From Laetmonice hystrix (Eukaryota): 64,000 nt of DNA. Where the stretch lies: positions 31,002,001-31,066,000 of the forward strand of contig OZ249436.1 of NCBI GenBank assembly GCA_965235115.1. Direction: 5' to 3'. This document shows positions 46,449-58,848 of the stretch, piece by piece. Position numbers and translations under genes: made by a program. The notes below the pieces were generated by a model. That model saw only the letters and a program-made list of their open reading frames with translations. It was not told the DNA's origin and did no database searches. Each line of letters starts with the position of its first letter. The stretch's first letter is position 1.

Positions 46449-47931
46449 TCGTTTCACCCAGACAGTCAGAGTCGGAGTGCGCACAGTGCAAACTCCCATA
46501 GAGCAAATTTACATTGCCCCTCCCGCATAGAAAACCAAGTGTCATATTCCCAAACCCCGAGTCTAGATCTACCTTCACTTTCTTTACCACTAAGATTAAG
46601 AAGCATTATTAACATGCCACCGTTGAAATAACATGTTATTTTTACCAAAATAGTTGATGATATTTTGTAAGCGGCGAAACCCCAACTACCAACCCTCCGC
46701 CATTACTTTCATGTGAGAAATGACCGCTAGGCGGACCTGGGAGAGAAAACCAATCAATCAGTCTGATGTGACAGGTGCTCATTCCCACCTTCACTTCCGA
46801 TCGTTTCTACATGTATCCATGGATGGTAGATATCGGCGACAGTGTCAATAGTTCATTTGATTCTGATCAAAAAGAGCAATTTGAGATCATTAAGAATGAG
46901 AGACAGCAATCGGTTGGTTTAGTCTAATTTGGTTCCCTACCCCTAGGTGGCTACTGGCCAAATTTGGGTAAACCAATATGGTGCCGACAGGCGAGATTGT
47001 GGTCGAATCCAGCTAACATGAATCTGATTACTCGCAATACAAGCGAATTATTCTGTTTTAATGGATCAAAATGGTAACAAGAGTTCTGGGTATATATGTG
47101 CAGTTTGAAGGTCTGGCATGCAACACTTTTCGAGAAAAGTCTACTCGTTCAAATGGCAGTCAGTCTTTGACATTGGGTAGAGCATACATGATTGTGAATT
47201 GTCCTGCCATGTGCGATTTGTTTTAGATGCACTGGCATCAGGCGTACTGGAATGGGATTTATAAAATAATTGTGGTAGCGTCTTTTCCGCGTGGCGGCAG
47301 CGCTATCCCTACTAATACTTATCACCCCAGTCCCTTTGGCTACACATTATTATGATGTTAGATATGACGACGAAATGCTAATCTATAGGTGCCATAGTGC
47401 CATTTCAGGGTTTGCGCTTACGCCGTCTGATATACCATATTGAATTTACGCAATGAAATTGAGGGTGACGCAAAAATGAAGTTGGCGTGTCCCGTGTATG
47501 CATTGAATGGACATCATCTGCACCACGGCTTTTTACTTGGGCTGGCCGTTGTGGCAGCCAGGGTGGGTGGGGATGTCCCGGCAGTTGGCTAGGGAGAGGG
47601 GGGAAGGAGGGCGGGGATGTCCCGGTAGCTTGGGGGAGGGGGTGAGGGTTGCAAGGGTAAAGGACAAGCAGATTTATTTCTACAGGTACTACTGTCAGGT
47701 AGGCTACATATTACGCCAGTAGACCTGAGGTAAGGGCTCCTTCTCTCCAATGATATCTGGAATTCATTCTAAATTGAAGATTTCCATGATGCACACTTGC
47801 ATATACCGTCATAGTTGAAAGGTTGTGATAGGATCAGGGCCATCATCAGGCAATCTCAAAAACGCTACCGTACCTTTGACAGAAACACCCAGGCTCCGAA
47901 ATACTTCATTTAGGGTACATGCACATAGTAC

Positions 47932-49181
47932 ATGCTCGGAGTGTACCGCTGTCAAAATGTACCAGTCGGATTGACCCACTGTCCAGGTCGGAATTAACCA
48001 TTGTCCCAGTTAGAACGTATCATTCACTTTACAACCTGACACACACCTAGTGATGGTCATAGGATACATTTCGACTAAGCGGATGGTACAAACTACATTC
48101 CGACTACAGTGGTGTTGACTTTTTTTCAGCAACTGGTAGCCCGGGACTAAGCATTAGGAGAGAACTTACTAGCCCGAACTTTCTGTCCACTAGCCCGAAT
48201 TCTATTTTTGGTCTTTATGTTTGTATAAAACATTTATGTTTGTAAAATGCTGATATCAGAGAGACTTTACCCTCAAAGGAGGTGAAAACCTGGCCAGGTG
48301 ACTTTTCCCTGGCTAAAAATACATGACATCATGATTACAGGGATTAAGCCAGGATTTTGAAAAAGAGGGACACCATGTCCCACTGCCCAGAAACCTAGGG
48401 GACATTTTCAATATTTGGGGGACAACTGAGTCACTTGACGAGGAGCACTGGCAACTGCTGTTTTGCCTAATACTGTATAATGTGTTGTTCTTGTTATCAT
48501 GTTCCTTATATGATACTACAGTACTGGTGTTCACAAATGAGTCAACCCATACAACAATGTCTTTAGGGCGGGAAGGGGAAGGCCATAACCACTCTCCAGA
48601 CAGAGATCGTTCTGCATTATGGGAGATTGGGCCATAACGTAATAGAGAACTAAGTCATTAGATGGCGCTTCTTTATATCACACTAGGGCCCGGTTTCTGG
48701 AAAATACTTAAGTCTGAGTTTCAATCAACTTTACTCAACTCAGAAAATGGAGGATTCACATTGGCTAAAAACATTCTTTTGAGTAGATTTGAGTGAAACT
48801 AGTGGGCCTATTATTAAGTATGTTCGAGAAATCGGGCCCTGGTGGCAGCATTGGCATGCCTCCCTCTCGGTCGGCCCTCCAAGGTGGGACATTATGACGC
48901 AGCTAAGCTATAATAAGGGGACATTTGGTTAATATTTTGCGCCAATGGCGCGTGGGCGCGCTCTAGCTAAATCCCTGTGATTATATGATCAAACCGGGAT
49001 TTCAGGTAGTCAAATGGACTATTAAGCTAGTAGCCCGAGGACGCATGCCCTTGGTCTGCTCTGGTTGCCCGATCTGAGAATTCAGTAGTCCCGGGCGTCA
49101 GGCGATAGAAAGTCAACACTACTGGACTAACCCCTGTTCATTCCGACAGGGTACATTCCGGCAGCGGTACACTCTGACCAT
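47932..49181. mobile_element. Four-layer nest of MITEs
   Basis: Outer TIR tcggagtgtaccgctg..aatgtacc (47936) / ggtacatt..cagcggtacactctga (49177); layer 2 at 48107-49124 (TSD gacta); layer 3 at 48338-48977 (TSD tgatta); layer 4 at ~48686-48839 (gggcccggtttct / agaaatcgggccc). Confidence 0.75.
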
Positions 49182-50065
49182 ATACCGCTGAATCAGAGTT
49201 TAGAACTAAGTGAGCATGCATGAGTCACTGTTTGGCCTCACAGCCGTCTGCAAGCTGATGGGCAGTGGAGTTTTCTTTTAAACAAAAATAAATGACAACC
49301 TCAATCAGCAAATGTTTGCCCAAATATCACAGAGGGGATGAGTTATTACAGGTTTACAACTCAACTGAGACAGGTCTGTTATATCAGTATTAAGTTTTAA
49401 CTATCTCATACTAAATACAAATACACCCAGTTATGCAGAGCAACCTCCCGGAGATCTATGACTGCAGATAATTGAGACACCGGCCCCAAAATTACTGCAC
49501 CCATTCGCAGAGCATAAGGTATTGATACCCATGCCAACTCGACCACTGCGTACAGGTGGGGTGGGGGCAGGGTTGGGGGTGCGAACCCCCCCCCCCCATG
49601 CCTTTGGCCAAGGGTGTCCATGCCTACAGCAACAGGCCTCTAAAAATCTAGTCAAAGTATGGTAGCCCACTGGTCCCTCTGACTCATGGTGGTAGCCCGA
49701 GATTATGTGTGGTAGCACCTCCGCATGGCATTTTAGACAGGTATGTTAGCCCGATGGAAATTTTGGTAGTCCCGGGCGTCCGGGTTCCAGATTTATCGAG
49801 GCCTGCCCAAAAATTTTGCAGATTCATAAGTATCGTTGCCATGGCAGGGTTTGCGTAGGTCCTTGAAAGTAAATGAAAGAACTTTATTAGGGATTTTTGA
49901 AGGCCTTGAAAACCTTGAAAATCACGATTTTATCAGAAAAGTTATTGAAAGTCCTTAAATTATTTTTTGGCAGTGTGTAAAAATGTGAAAATGTTTAATC
50001 CCTGAAACATTTATTTCTCCATTGATTCTATTGCAGAATTTATGTTGTCTCGTTTCAGGTTGAAA

Positions 50066-53000
50066 ATGGCTGCTGTCCCTCCATCATATAGCGACTTGGG
50101 AAAGTCTGCTCGTGATCTCTTCAACAAGGGTTTCAGTATGTATAACAAGTAGTCTCAACTTTATATTCATTGCACAAAGATAAATGGCTCACTGGGCTAG
50201 AAGAAGATATCGGTTGTTTGTCTGGTTAAACAGTTAATCCGTCAACTGGCATGAAGAGATTAACATCGTGGGAATGACAATGATATTTATTACAGATTTT
50301 TTTGTAATTATGATCAATCAGGGTTCATACACCCCCTTAAAAACTGGGAAAGTCCTTGAAAAAAGAAGTTGGTCTTGAAAACCCTTGAATGTCCTTAAAT
50401 TCAAGCCTGATGCTTAAAACCCCCAGGAAAGTCCTTAAATTTTCTGAGTGGTCATTTGTCTCATCACTGGATATCACTCGGTCATGTGCATTTAAAAACT
50501 GCAGTGTAATAGATGCTTTCAGGCCTCGAATTAGAAGTTGAAAGGGGCACGGCAAAAACTGCTGTCGATACATAAGAATCAACATCAGATTTTTCCAGGG
50601 CACGGCAGCAAATTTACGATACCTGGAAAAGGAACAATGGCAAATGCTGTTGATGCCGTCGTGTAATTCGAGGCCTGTGCTTTGCTGGTGTTAACGATGG
50701 TTGCAGGAAATTCTCTTCTTGTGAACTTATACTTCAAAAACTATATATTTTTCCATGGAACTAAGACCATGGGCTGATAAGTGATATTAGTAGTTATTGG
50801 ATAGTTTACTGGTAGGTTTTTCCCTGAAAAATCTTTAAGAAAGGGGTCTTAATTACCCTGAAATATCCTTGAAAATACCCTAAAAAATCTCAGGGGAAGT
50901 GTACGAACCCTGTCAATTCACTCAGCCACATATTATTATGGATGCAGGCCTGATTTTAAGACACGAACGATCGTTTCGTTTGCGTGTCGTTCGCCTAAAA
51001 TGGAAAGGCCGAGAACAAAAATCCGTTCACCTGCAAATTTTGCAAGCCTGGGATTAACAGGTAAACGGTCGTTTAGTTCACCTGTCGGCTACCTAAAATA
51101 AAAAACGGGAACGAAAAATGGGTTGCGCAAATTTCCCCTAATTTCAGGCCTGTGGATGCATGAGTGACTCAATAAATCTTCAGGTTCTGGATGGATTCCT
51201 TGGGGGGGGGGGGGGGAAGCATAAGAAGCTATTGTGAACAGTTTAAAAAGAAAAAGTAAATTGTCCAATAGGGTTTCCACGCAAAAGTGAAAAGTCAGGG
51301 TATTTTTTTTTTTCACGGTCAGGGAAAAGTCGGGCAATTCTTTTTCAGGTCAGGGAAGATATCAATTCTGCTTAAGTCATGGAATTTTGTGGGATCAATG
51401 TGATTGACAGCCTTTGACAAATGTATTTTTGAGTGTTGCATCAATTTCCCTGTTAAGAATAACTAAGAGACTCAATACGGACATCCTGGAACTCCACACC
51501 CCCCACCCCTGCCCCGTCCTAACTAAGTGAGGTATGTTTCCAATCTAGTGTAACTGTAGAGCCAGTCAAATTCAGAAAATTCCATTTTGAAAATTCTTTT
51601 TTTTCCACTTGAATTTTAAAATTTCGTTTTTTTTCCATTTTAGTATTTTCTCAGTATACAGGGTGTCCGCAAAAAATGCACAACCATATTTGCACACCTG
51701 TCACATTTGCGAGTTTCACATATGTTACAGGGCATCTTTTTAAAAGAAAAATGGTCTTGATAACGACTCGTAGCGTAGCTTATGAAAAATTGCGAGTTCA
51801 AAACGAGTGTGTTCCAGTGGGTGTCCCGTCCACACTGCCAACCCTCTGCACCGCTGTCCGCCGGGCCGCCTCCCGATGACAGCCCTCCCGGTGACAGTCC
51901 CCTCCCCTCCCTGGCCCGTGACCCCATTGTAGGTTATATCATTTCTCGGTCAAGACAACTTTTGTCACCTGAATTTTTTTATGTAACTTGCATTTAACTA
52001 TATATATAGAATGCCTGACAAAAGATTTAAAAGCCATTTGAAAGTGTGATTCTTCCAATTTTAATTTAAAAGTGTACACCTTAAGTATATCTCAGCAGCT
52101 GTGACTGGTGGCAGATTAATCATTAACAAAGCTACTGGCATGAAGTACATTGTATGTGTACAGGCAGTCTGTGACACCAGCGCATTATATTCTGTATGGT
52201 GTGTGTAATACGGTGGATCGTTCATCTGTTACACAGTTAGAATGAATTAAAAATTTGTTAAGTTATAATTCTCTGACTCTGTAAACAGATACATGTACGT
52301 TTCAAAGTTTAGAAAAATTAAAAGCAGTGTATAGTTCTAAAATTGACATTTTTACAACTGTTTTACAGACTATGGATTCTACAAGTTAGAATGTAAAACA
52401 AAGACATCTAGCGGAGTTAAGTTCACGACAACTGGCAGCTCGAACCATGAAACTGGAAAGGTCAATGGCTGTCTGGAAACAAAGTACACTCTTCCAGACT
52501 ATGGTAAGTGGACTACTTTTACTCCTAAGTCCTTTAAGGTAGTATGATTGACTAGTATAGTTTACAAATTTAGTTAAATGATGAACCTGTCCTTACTTCA
52601 CATACCATATCAAGCAGCAAAATAACCTGTTTCGCATCGCAAATTTCTATACAACTGATGCTTTTTGCTAATCATTTTCCAAAATGTTCAGTATAATTTA
52701 GTACTATCTGCGAATCAAACTTTTATTTTGCTAGTCAAATTTTCTGGATTATTTTGCACCTTGCATATTGAGCTATACTCAGATTCTATAGCAGAGCTCA
52801 AATCTTTTTTGCCCATTTTAAGGTCTTACGTTTGAGGAGAAGTGGCAAACGGATAACACCTTGGGAACAGAGATAACAATTGAAGATCAGCTTGCCAAGG
52901 GCTTGAAGCTCTCCTTTGATACATCGTTTGCCCCGCAAACTGGCAAAAAGAGTGGCAAGATCAAGGGATCCTACAAACAGGATTACATCAACCTCAACTG

Positions 53001-55341
53001 TGATGTGGACTTTGTCTTTGCTGGGCCCACTATCCATGGTGCTGCTGTCTTGGGGTAAGGAATTTTTTTAAGTACTATATGACATAGGCCTATACTTAAA
53101 AGTGGTTTTAAACTTTGTTTAAGGCACATGTGTTCTGACTTCAGTTCATGTCTAAATATTAGGTCTAATATTTCAAGTCACATCACTACGTTTGGTACTT
53201 TAGGGGGATCTAAGATATGGTCAGCTTCTAAAGCCTGTCACTGTCACTATACTAAAAGGGTGATTTAAAGGTGAAAGATAACATATCAGTACATGTATAT
53301 ATAGTCAGATCATGGGGGTTCTGTCTTTATTGTGATTTCTTAGGAAAGGTGCTCTCTGGTCGAGGTTCTTTGCTCCACATTGTCAATATTTAGTGAAATG
53401 TGTCGTCAAGAACCAACGGTCATGTATTGAACTATAAATCCCCAATTAAATTTCTAGAAACAGGCAATTTGTTATCACCAGTTTTTTTCTGTAGGTACAA
53501 TGGCTGGTTGGCTGGCTACCAAATGTCCTTTGACACCTCCAAGTCTAAGTTGTCAAAAAGCAACTTTGCAGTCGGCTATGATGGTGGCGACTTTGTCCTT
53601 CACACAAATGTGTAAGTATTCTACAGGTCTTTTTTATTTCCTTTCACAAATAAAAATAGTGAAGGGGGAGGGGTATGATTGGCACCTTAAGACTACAGAG
53701 AAGTGAATGCTGATCGTCCTGACATAACTAAAGCATATTAGGACAGGGGTGGAAATTAACGCTCGCCCGCTCGCCCGTGGCGAGTCAAACCTCTGTTGGG
53801 CGACCTTGTCTGACCATTCATGTCGCCCTGCTGGCGATTTGTCTGCCCCCCCCCAATGGCAGTCGTCATGATACTACCGGGCAGAGAACTTAGAATGTTA
53901 AGTTCTCCAGTTGCCCAATTCCAGACCTTCTAGAGCCACAAGGCAGCACCTTCGACTGTACAGATTTCTGTGGGTTAAATGGCTGGGCAGTGGTCACGTG
54001 GAGGGCGAGTAACCCTTCACCTGAACTCGCCCTGCTGGCTAGTTCATTTACAGCAGGGCTAGTTGAATTTCTACTTATCTAGCCCTGCTGGCTAGTAGGT
54101 GATTTCCCCCAATTTCCACCCCTGTTAGGACCTGTGCAGTCATCCTCCAGTATAGTGCAAGTCAATTTCCACGATCCCAGAATTGCCGAAGGAATCGCAG
54201 ATTGCTGGATGCAACAGTGTCAAATACACATATCATATTTGCAAATCTTGCTATTTCCAGGAACGATGGAACAGAATTTGGTGGCTCCTACTTCCAGAAG
54301 GTGAATGACGAACTTGACTGTGGTGTGAACCTGTCCTGGACAGCCGGGAGCAATGCCACCAGGTTTGGTCTGGGCGCCAAGTACACCCCAGAGAAGGACA
54401 GCACATTTAGGGCTAAGATCAATAACTCCAGTCAGATTGGCCTTTCCTACCAGCAGAAATTACGTGATGGTTTGTACTGTTTGCATATTGTGCGGGGAAA
54501 TAGGAGTGTATATAGAATTTAAAGATAACAGAAAATTGATATGATTGCAAAAATATTTGATATACTTGTGAGACAACCACCCATTAAGGGCTGGGGGTCG
54601 ACTATAAAACTGTAAATTTGTAAATTGTAATAAGGTATGGGTCATGGACAGATTTGATTTATAAGTCAGGAGATATCAAGATATTCTCCTGTTTACGGAC
54701 TAGTATGATAAAAACTAAAACTGTTATAAGGTGCCTTGTGGGTAAAGCTAATATTCCATAAATGCATTAAGGCATACGTAAATGGCACACAGAGTGCAAG
54801 GTTCCATAAATCCAGTTGACACACGTTTTTGATGGCAGACGTCTGGCATTTCGGAAAGAATTGCTTCATGAAGTGAATCACTTTTTGTTCGCCAGTTCCA
54901 TACATATGGAATCTGTAATACTTCAATTTTAACCATTTCGATTTTTGTCGTACGCCGTATGCCATACAGCTGTTATGCATTAATGGAATCTTAGCTTATG
55001 GGTGAGCAAAAGTAGTAAATTTGGTCTACTTTGATTAATTTGAGTGTTTGTCGGAGACAACTCGCACTTCAGTCGAAGGCACCACTGTATGTTGGGTGCA
55101 ATCTGTGCCTGCACCGATGTAATGTTAGCCTACAAAGTTGTATTGTCTCTAGGAAAATCAAGTAGGACATCTTCTCTGAAAGACTTCAAAATCCAACTTA
55201 TTTATTACTGAACTCAAGGTTTTAAGATTATCGTTTTTATGTTTTTTAGGTGTGAGTCTGACACTGTCCACGCTGATCGAAGGCAAGAACTTCAACCAAG
55301 GTGGTCACAAGTTGGGCCTGGGACTGGACCTTGACGCTTGA
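50066..55341 (+). CDS. VDAC: Voltage-dependent anion-selective channel (mitochondrial porin), 6 coding exons, 284 aa
   Basis: Exons 50066-50135, 52369-52503, 52823-53054, 53495-53611, 54261-54469, 55250-55341. [84 protein letters not shown] at 56028-56033. Confidence 0.97.
50319..50912. mobile_element. CAGGGTTC MITE (5-bp TSD) with nested CAGGCCTCGAATTA MITE (50520-50677, 6-bp TSD)
   Basis: cagggttcatacac...gtgtacgaaccctg, TSD tcaat; inner caggcctcgaatta...taattcgaggcctg, TSD tgcttt. Confidence 0.85.
50945..51152. mobile_element. CAGGCCTGA MITE, 6-bp TSD
   Basis: caggcctga...tcaggcctg; TSD tggatg/tggatg. Confidence 0.8.
53744..54124. mobile_element. CAGGGGTGGAAATT MITE, 6-bp TSD
   Basis: Perfect 14-bp TIR; TSD ttagga/ttagga. 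Confidence 0.85.
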
Positions 55342-58300
55342 ACCTCTGCAGAATCAGTTACTGAGTACTCAAGTCACTCCGTTGTACATGAATTACCAAC
55401 CTCATAAAAAACATTGCTTTGAGGCTTGGCATGATCCCAGACCAGTGCCAAGTGTCTAGCTACATTCATGAACAGAATGATTCCACATGACAACTGCACT
55501 GTTACAGACAGAGGCGACCCAATGGTTTTTTTCTTGCCTGGCCTGCTAAGAGGAACTTTAAAATTTCTACCCGTATTACAGACGATTCAAGCCAGAGGAG
55601 CAAGCCGAGTGAACTGAGCATGTGTGTGATCCAGAAGGTAGATCGTAGCCGTGAGTGGTGCATGGATGCTTCAGTTCAGTACGTTCACCAAGAAATGTAT
55701 ATGTACAGAGATTTTGTTATGCCCTTCCATCGAAGGCACCACTGTTTGTTTGGTGCAATCTGTGCCTGCACCAATGTGGTAGTGTTAGCCTACAAGATTG
55801 TATTGTCTCTAAAGAAGCAAGGACATCTTTGGTAACTGCTGTATGGTATCGTACACAAAAGGAGGACTCATTCGGTTTTCTCTCTCTTCATTATTTATGT
55901 TTGACAGTGAATGGTTGGAAAGGCAGAGGCTTGTACTATAATGAATTGTAAACATCTGTGGGATTGTAATTAAAAAAATTGTGAATATGTTAGATGTTAT
56001 TATTTCAGATAAAATATAAAAAAAGTGAATAAAACATCTTATTGGTCCTAAAAAGTGCATTGTTTTCACCTTTTTCTGCAACCCCTGCATGTACAGGTGA
56101 GGGAGTTTGACCTGAAAAATCTTCAGATTGAATTGAAATGTGTGGAAAAGTTTGGCGATAGACGCGGTAAAATTTGGGAAGTATTAACCCAGGTGTGGTT
56201 TGCATAACGGTGCATGTGGCAGGCACGAGAGTGTATGTATGTCATTAACAGCCCCCCCCCCCTTGCATTGACTCAACCCAATGTTACGTTGGCCCCTTTA
56301 CTTTCCCAACCTTTTGAGGTGGGCACTCTCCTGGCTGAATTGGGTGAGAAGTGTTTTTTGCGGTAAAGGTGATCCAGCGAACAAACTAACCCATAAGTGG
56401 TAGCATCGGAGCCTGGTCGTAGACTTGAGCCTGTAGATTGATCAAAGGCAATCTTCTGTTAGGCTGTGAAAGTTTTTGTGAGGAATTGTTTAAAAAAAAA
56501 GTTCTCGGATTTCATCCATAACGAGAAATGCTTTTACCCGACCAGTATTCTTTAACCTGAAGTTTTATGAGCCTGTCTTTGTGACGCCCCAGAACCGTTG
56601 CAACCTAACTCATTTATCTCAGAGGTATATCTCAGAGATATCCAACAGCTCATAGAACTGAAAAAAACAGATCCAGTGCTCCAGTCTTAGTTGTCAACTT
56701 TATGAATACCGGTGGTACATTGGTGTATGAATTTGGTACGCACATCTGTGTCAGTTCATACCCAAAAAAATCTAAGTTTGTACCTGGTCCTGTTTACCAT
56801 TGGGCATAGGTTCTATTGCTTACCTGAAATTTGAATGCTTGAATATACAACCCCAACCATGTCTTGTGCATGTATAGATAGTGTTTCAGCTATACAATGT
56901 TCTTGTTTGCTGTATTTGGAGCGCTACATTAGTAGAGAGGATGGAAAGATAGATTTTTTTTTACCTCGTAGAATTGGAGGATAACTTTAAACAAGCTTTT
57001 GTCATTTCATAAACTGGTTTTGATTCTGAGAATTGATACATATTAAACTCTTTCTTTTTTTTTTCTCAAAAAGCTTAAAATTGTAGCAAGGCATGCACTT
57101 GGTAGGGGGGGATTAGGACCAATAAACTGAGGTCAATCCCCGCCCCTCACAGACCTGACAGTGACACGACATTACATAGGGATGGAGGAAGCTAGTAATA
57201 TAAGAGGCTGGGTCGTCCGTATCGATTTCTGGGCCGGACGGACAATACATGAGAGCGGCCACCTGGCCCAAGGCTTCGTCTCCCGGGCGGCCGCTCTCAT
57301 GCCCGGCAAGCACTCCGTGACAACCACCAGACCAAGCCCGCTGTGCTCGTGAACGGCGCTGGGAAATCTAGGCCAGTTGACGGACAGACAGACAGACAGG
57401 TTTGCCACGTGTTGTCGGGACGTTCAGGGGCCGGCCAGGCGTATATTATATATTGCCTGGTGTACGGTGGAAGAGCTAGAGGATGAGAGCGATGTGGCGC
57501 CATTATTGACCCGCTCAGAATTAATGTGTAACTGACGTAGCTGGGGACGAATCAAGTACAAGATGAGATGTACTAAAGTGATGTTTTAGTTTATTAATGG
57601 GAATGAGGCAGACTGCGCTTTACTGGAAAACTGTATAGCTTCGTGGAAGATATAAATAATACCGGCGGGAGGGACATTGAAGCTGTATAAAAAGAAGAAA
57701 AGTCGGTGGCTCAGAGGTTTAGGAGGATGTGCGGAAGGTGTGGGAAAATTGGCAATGGGTGGGGCTGAAAATGGCTGCATGCGTGTTCGTGAAGGTAGTT
57801 GAAACAATTCGGGTGGAGGTGGTGGATGGCAGGTAATCCATAAGTCAACAGTAGTATTGTAGGTTGTATATGTGGTGTACAACATCATGCATGACATTTT
57901 TAGGTTGTAGAATGAACGGCCTCCTTTCCGTCTCAAGGTGCCCTATGTGGCAATGTGACGTCTAGGTGACCTTCACTGTAGCAAATATGACGTTGAGGTG
58001 ACCTAGTACAGTCGAGAATTCAAGCGCATCCGCACTTCTTTGAATTTGAGAGTTCGGCTTCCACCTTGAGTATATTTTTGTTAAAGAGTTCATGCTGTGC
58101 TCTGTTTAAAAAAAAAAAAAAATTTAATATTTTTTTTAAACCAAAGGTAGATAGAAGAGATATATAAATTCGGCCATACGAATGTATCCATACTGTTACC
58201 TTGGTACGGCAGTGCGCACATCTATCATGTGTGTTTAATTATGTATGTTAACTGCATCCAAAACTTTTTATATACTTTTAGCAATGAAGAAATAGAGCAC

Positions 58301-58848
58301 CAAGACTAGCCATACATGTATCCATGTAAATTTATATGTAAGTTGAGTAGCGGGTATCTTTTTAAGGCCGGTGGTCTCGGTGCGGAGTACTATATCTGCA
58401 TGTTCCTAATTTTGCCGGGGGCGACAACCACTGCCAGATGTTATGACTGTAAACTGTAAACCACTCGGATAGTGTAGGCCTACACGTTAGACAGCTCTTC
58501 TTCACCACATCAGTCCTAGCTAGGTGTTCTCCAAGTTGGCCTTTGGAAGAAAATTAGAGTATCCCTCAACAAGCACAAGTTGAAAAGTTGGCACCCGATA
58601 CAGGCTGACTGACAGAGCGAAGTCATCCTTGGTGCATCTCGGCGTGTCGAGCCAGGTTCTGCGCATGTACACAGTACCCATCGTACGGAGATATAGAGGC
58701 CGCCAGAGCGCGGTTTACGGCCTCGGTCGGCACTGTGCACGCGGCGGCCGGGGACGGGGTGGAGGCTCAGCACACGGCGGCCGGGCAGCAGTAGTCAGTT
58801 GGACGGGGTAACGGCCACCAGTGCTGGACGAATCGCTCGCCTGTTATC

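Noticed and set aside
47351..47433. Possible C/D-box snoRNA (ATGATGT...CTGA) upstream of the first VDAC coding exon
   Set aside because: Box C is imperfect, the terminal stem is minimal and I cannot identify an rRNA-complementary guide; it needs a snoscan/Infernal run.
56100..58500. Short ORFs between VDAC and the EF-hand gene
   Set aside because: No recognisable motifs or consistent exon chain.
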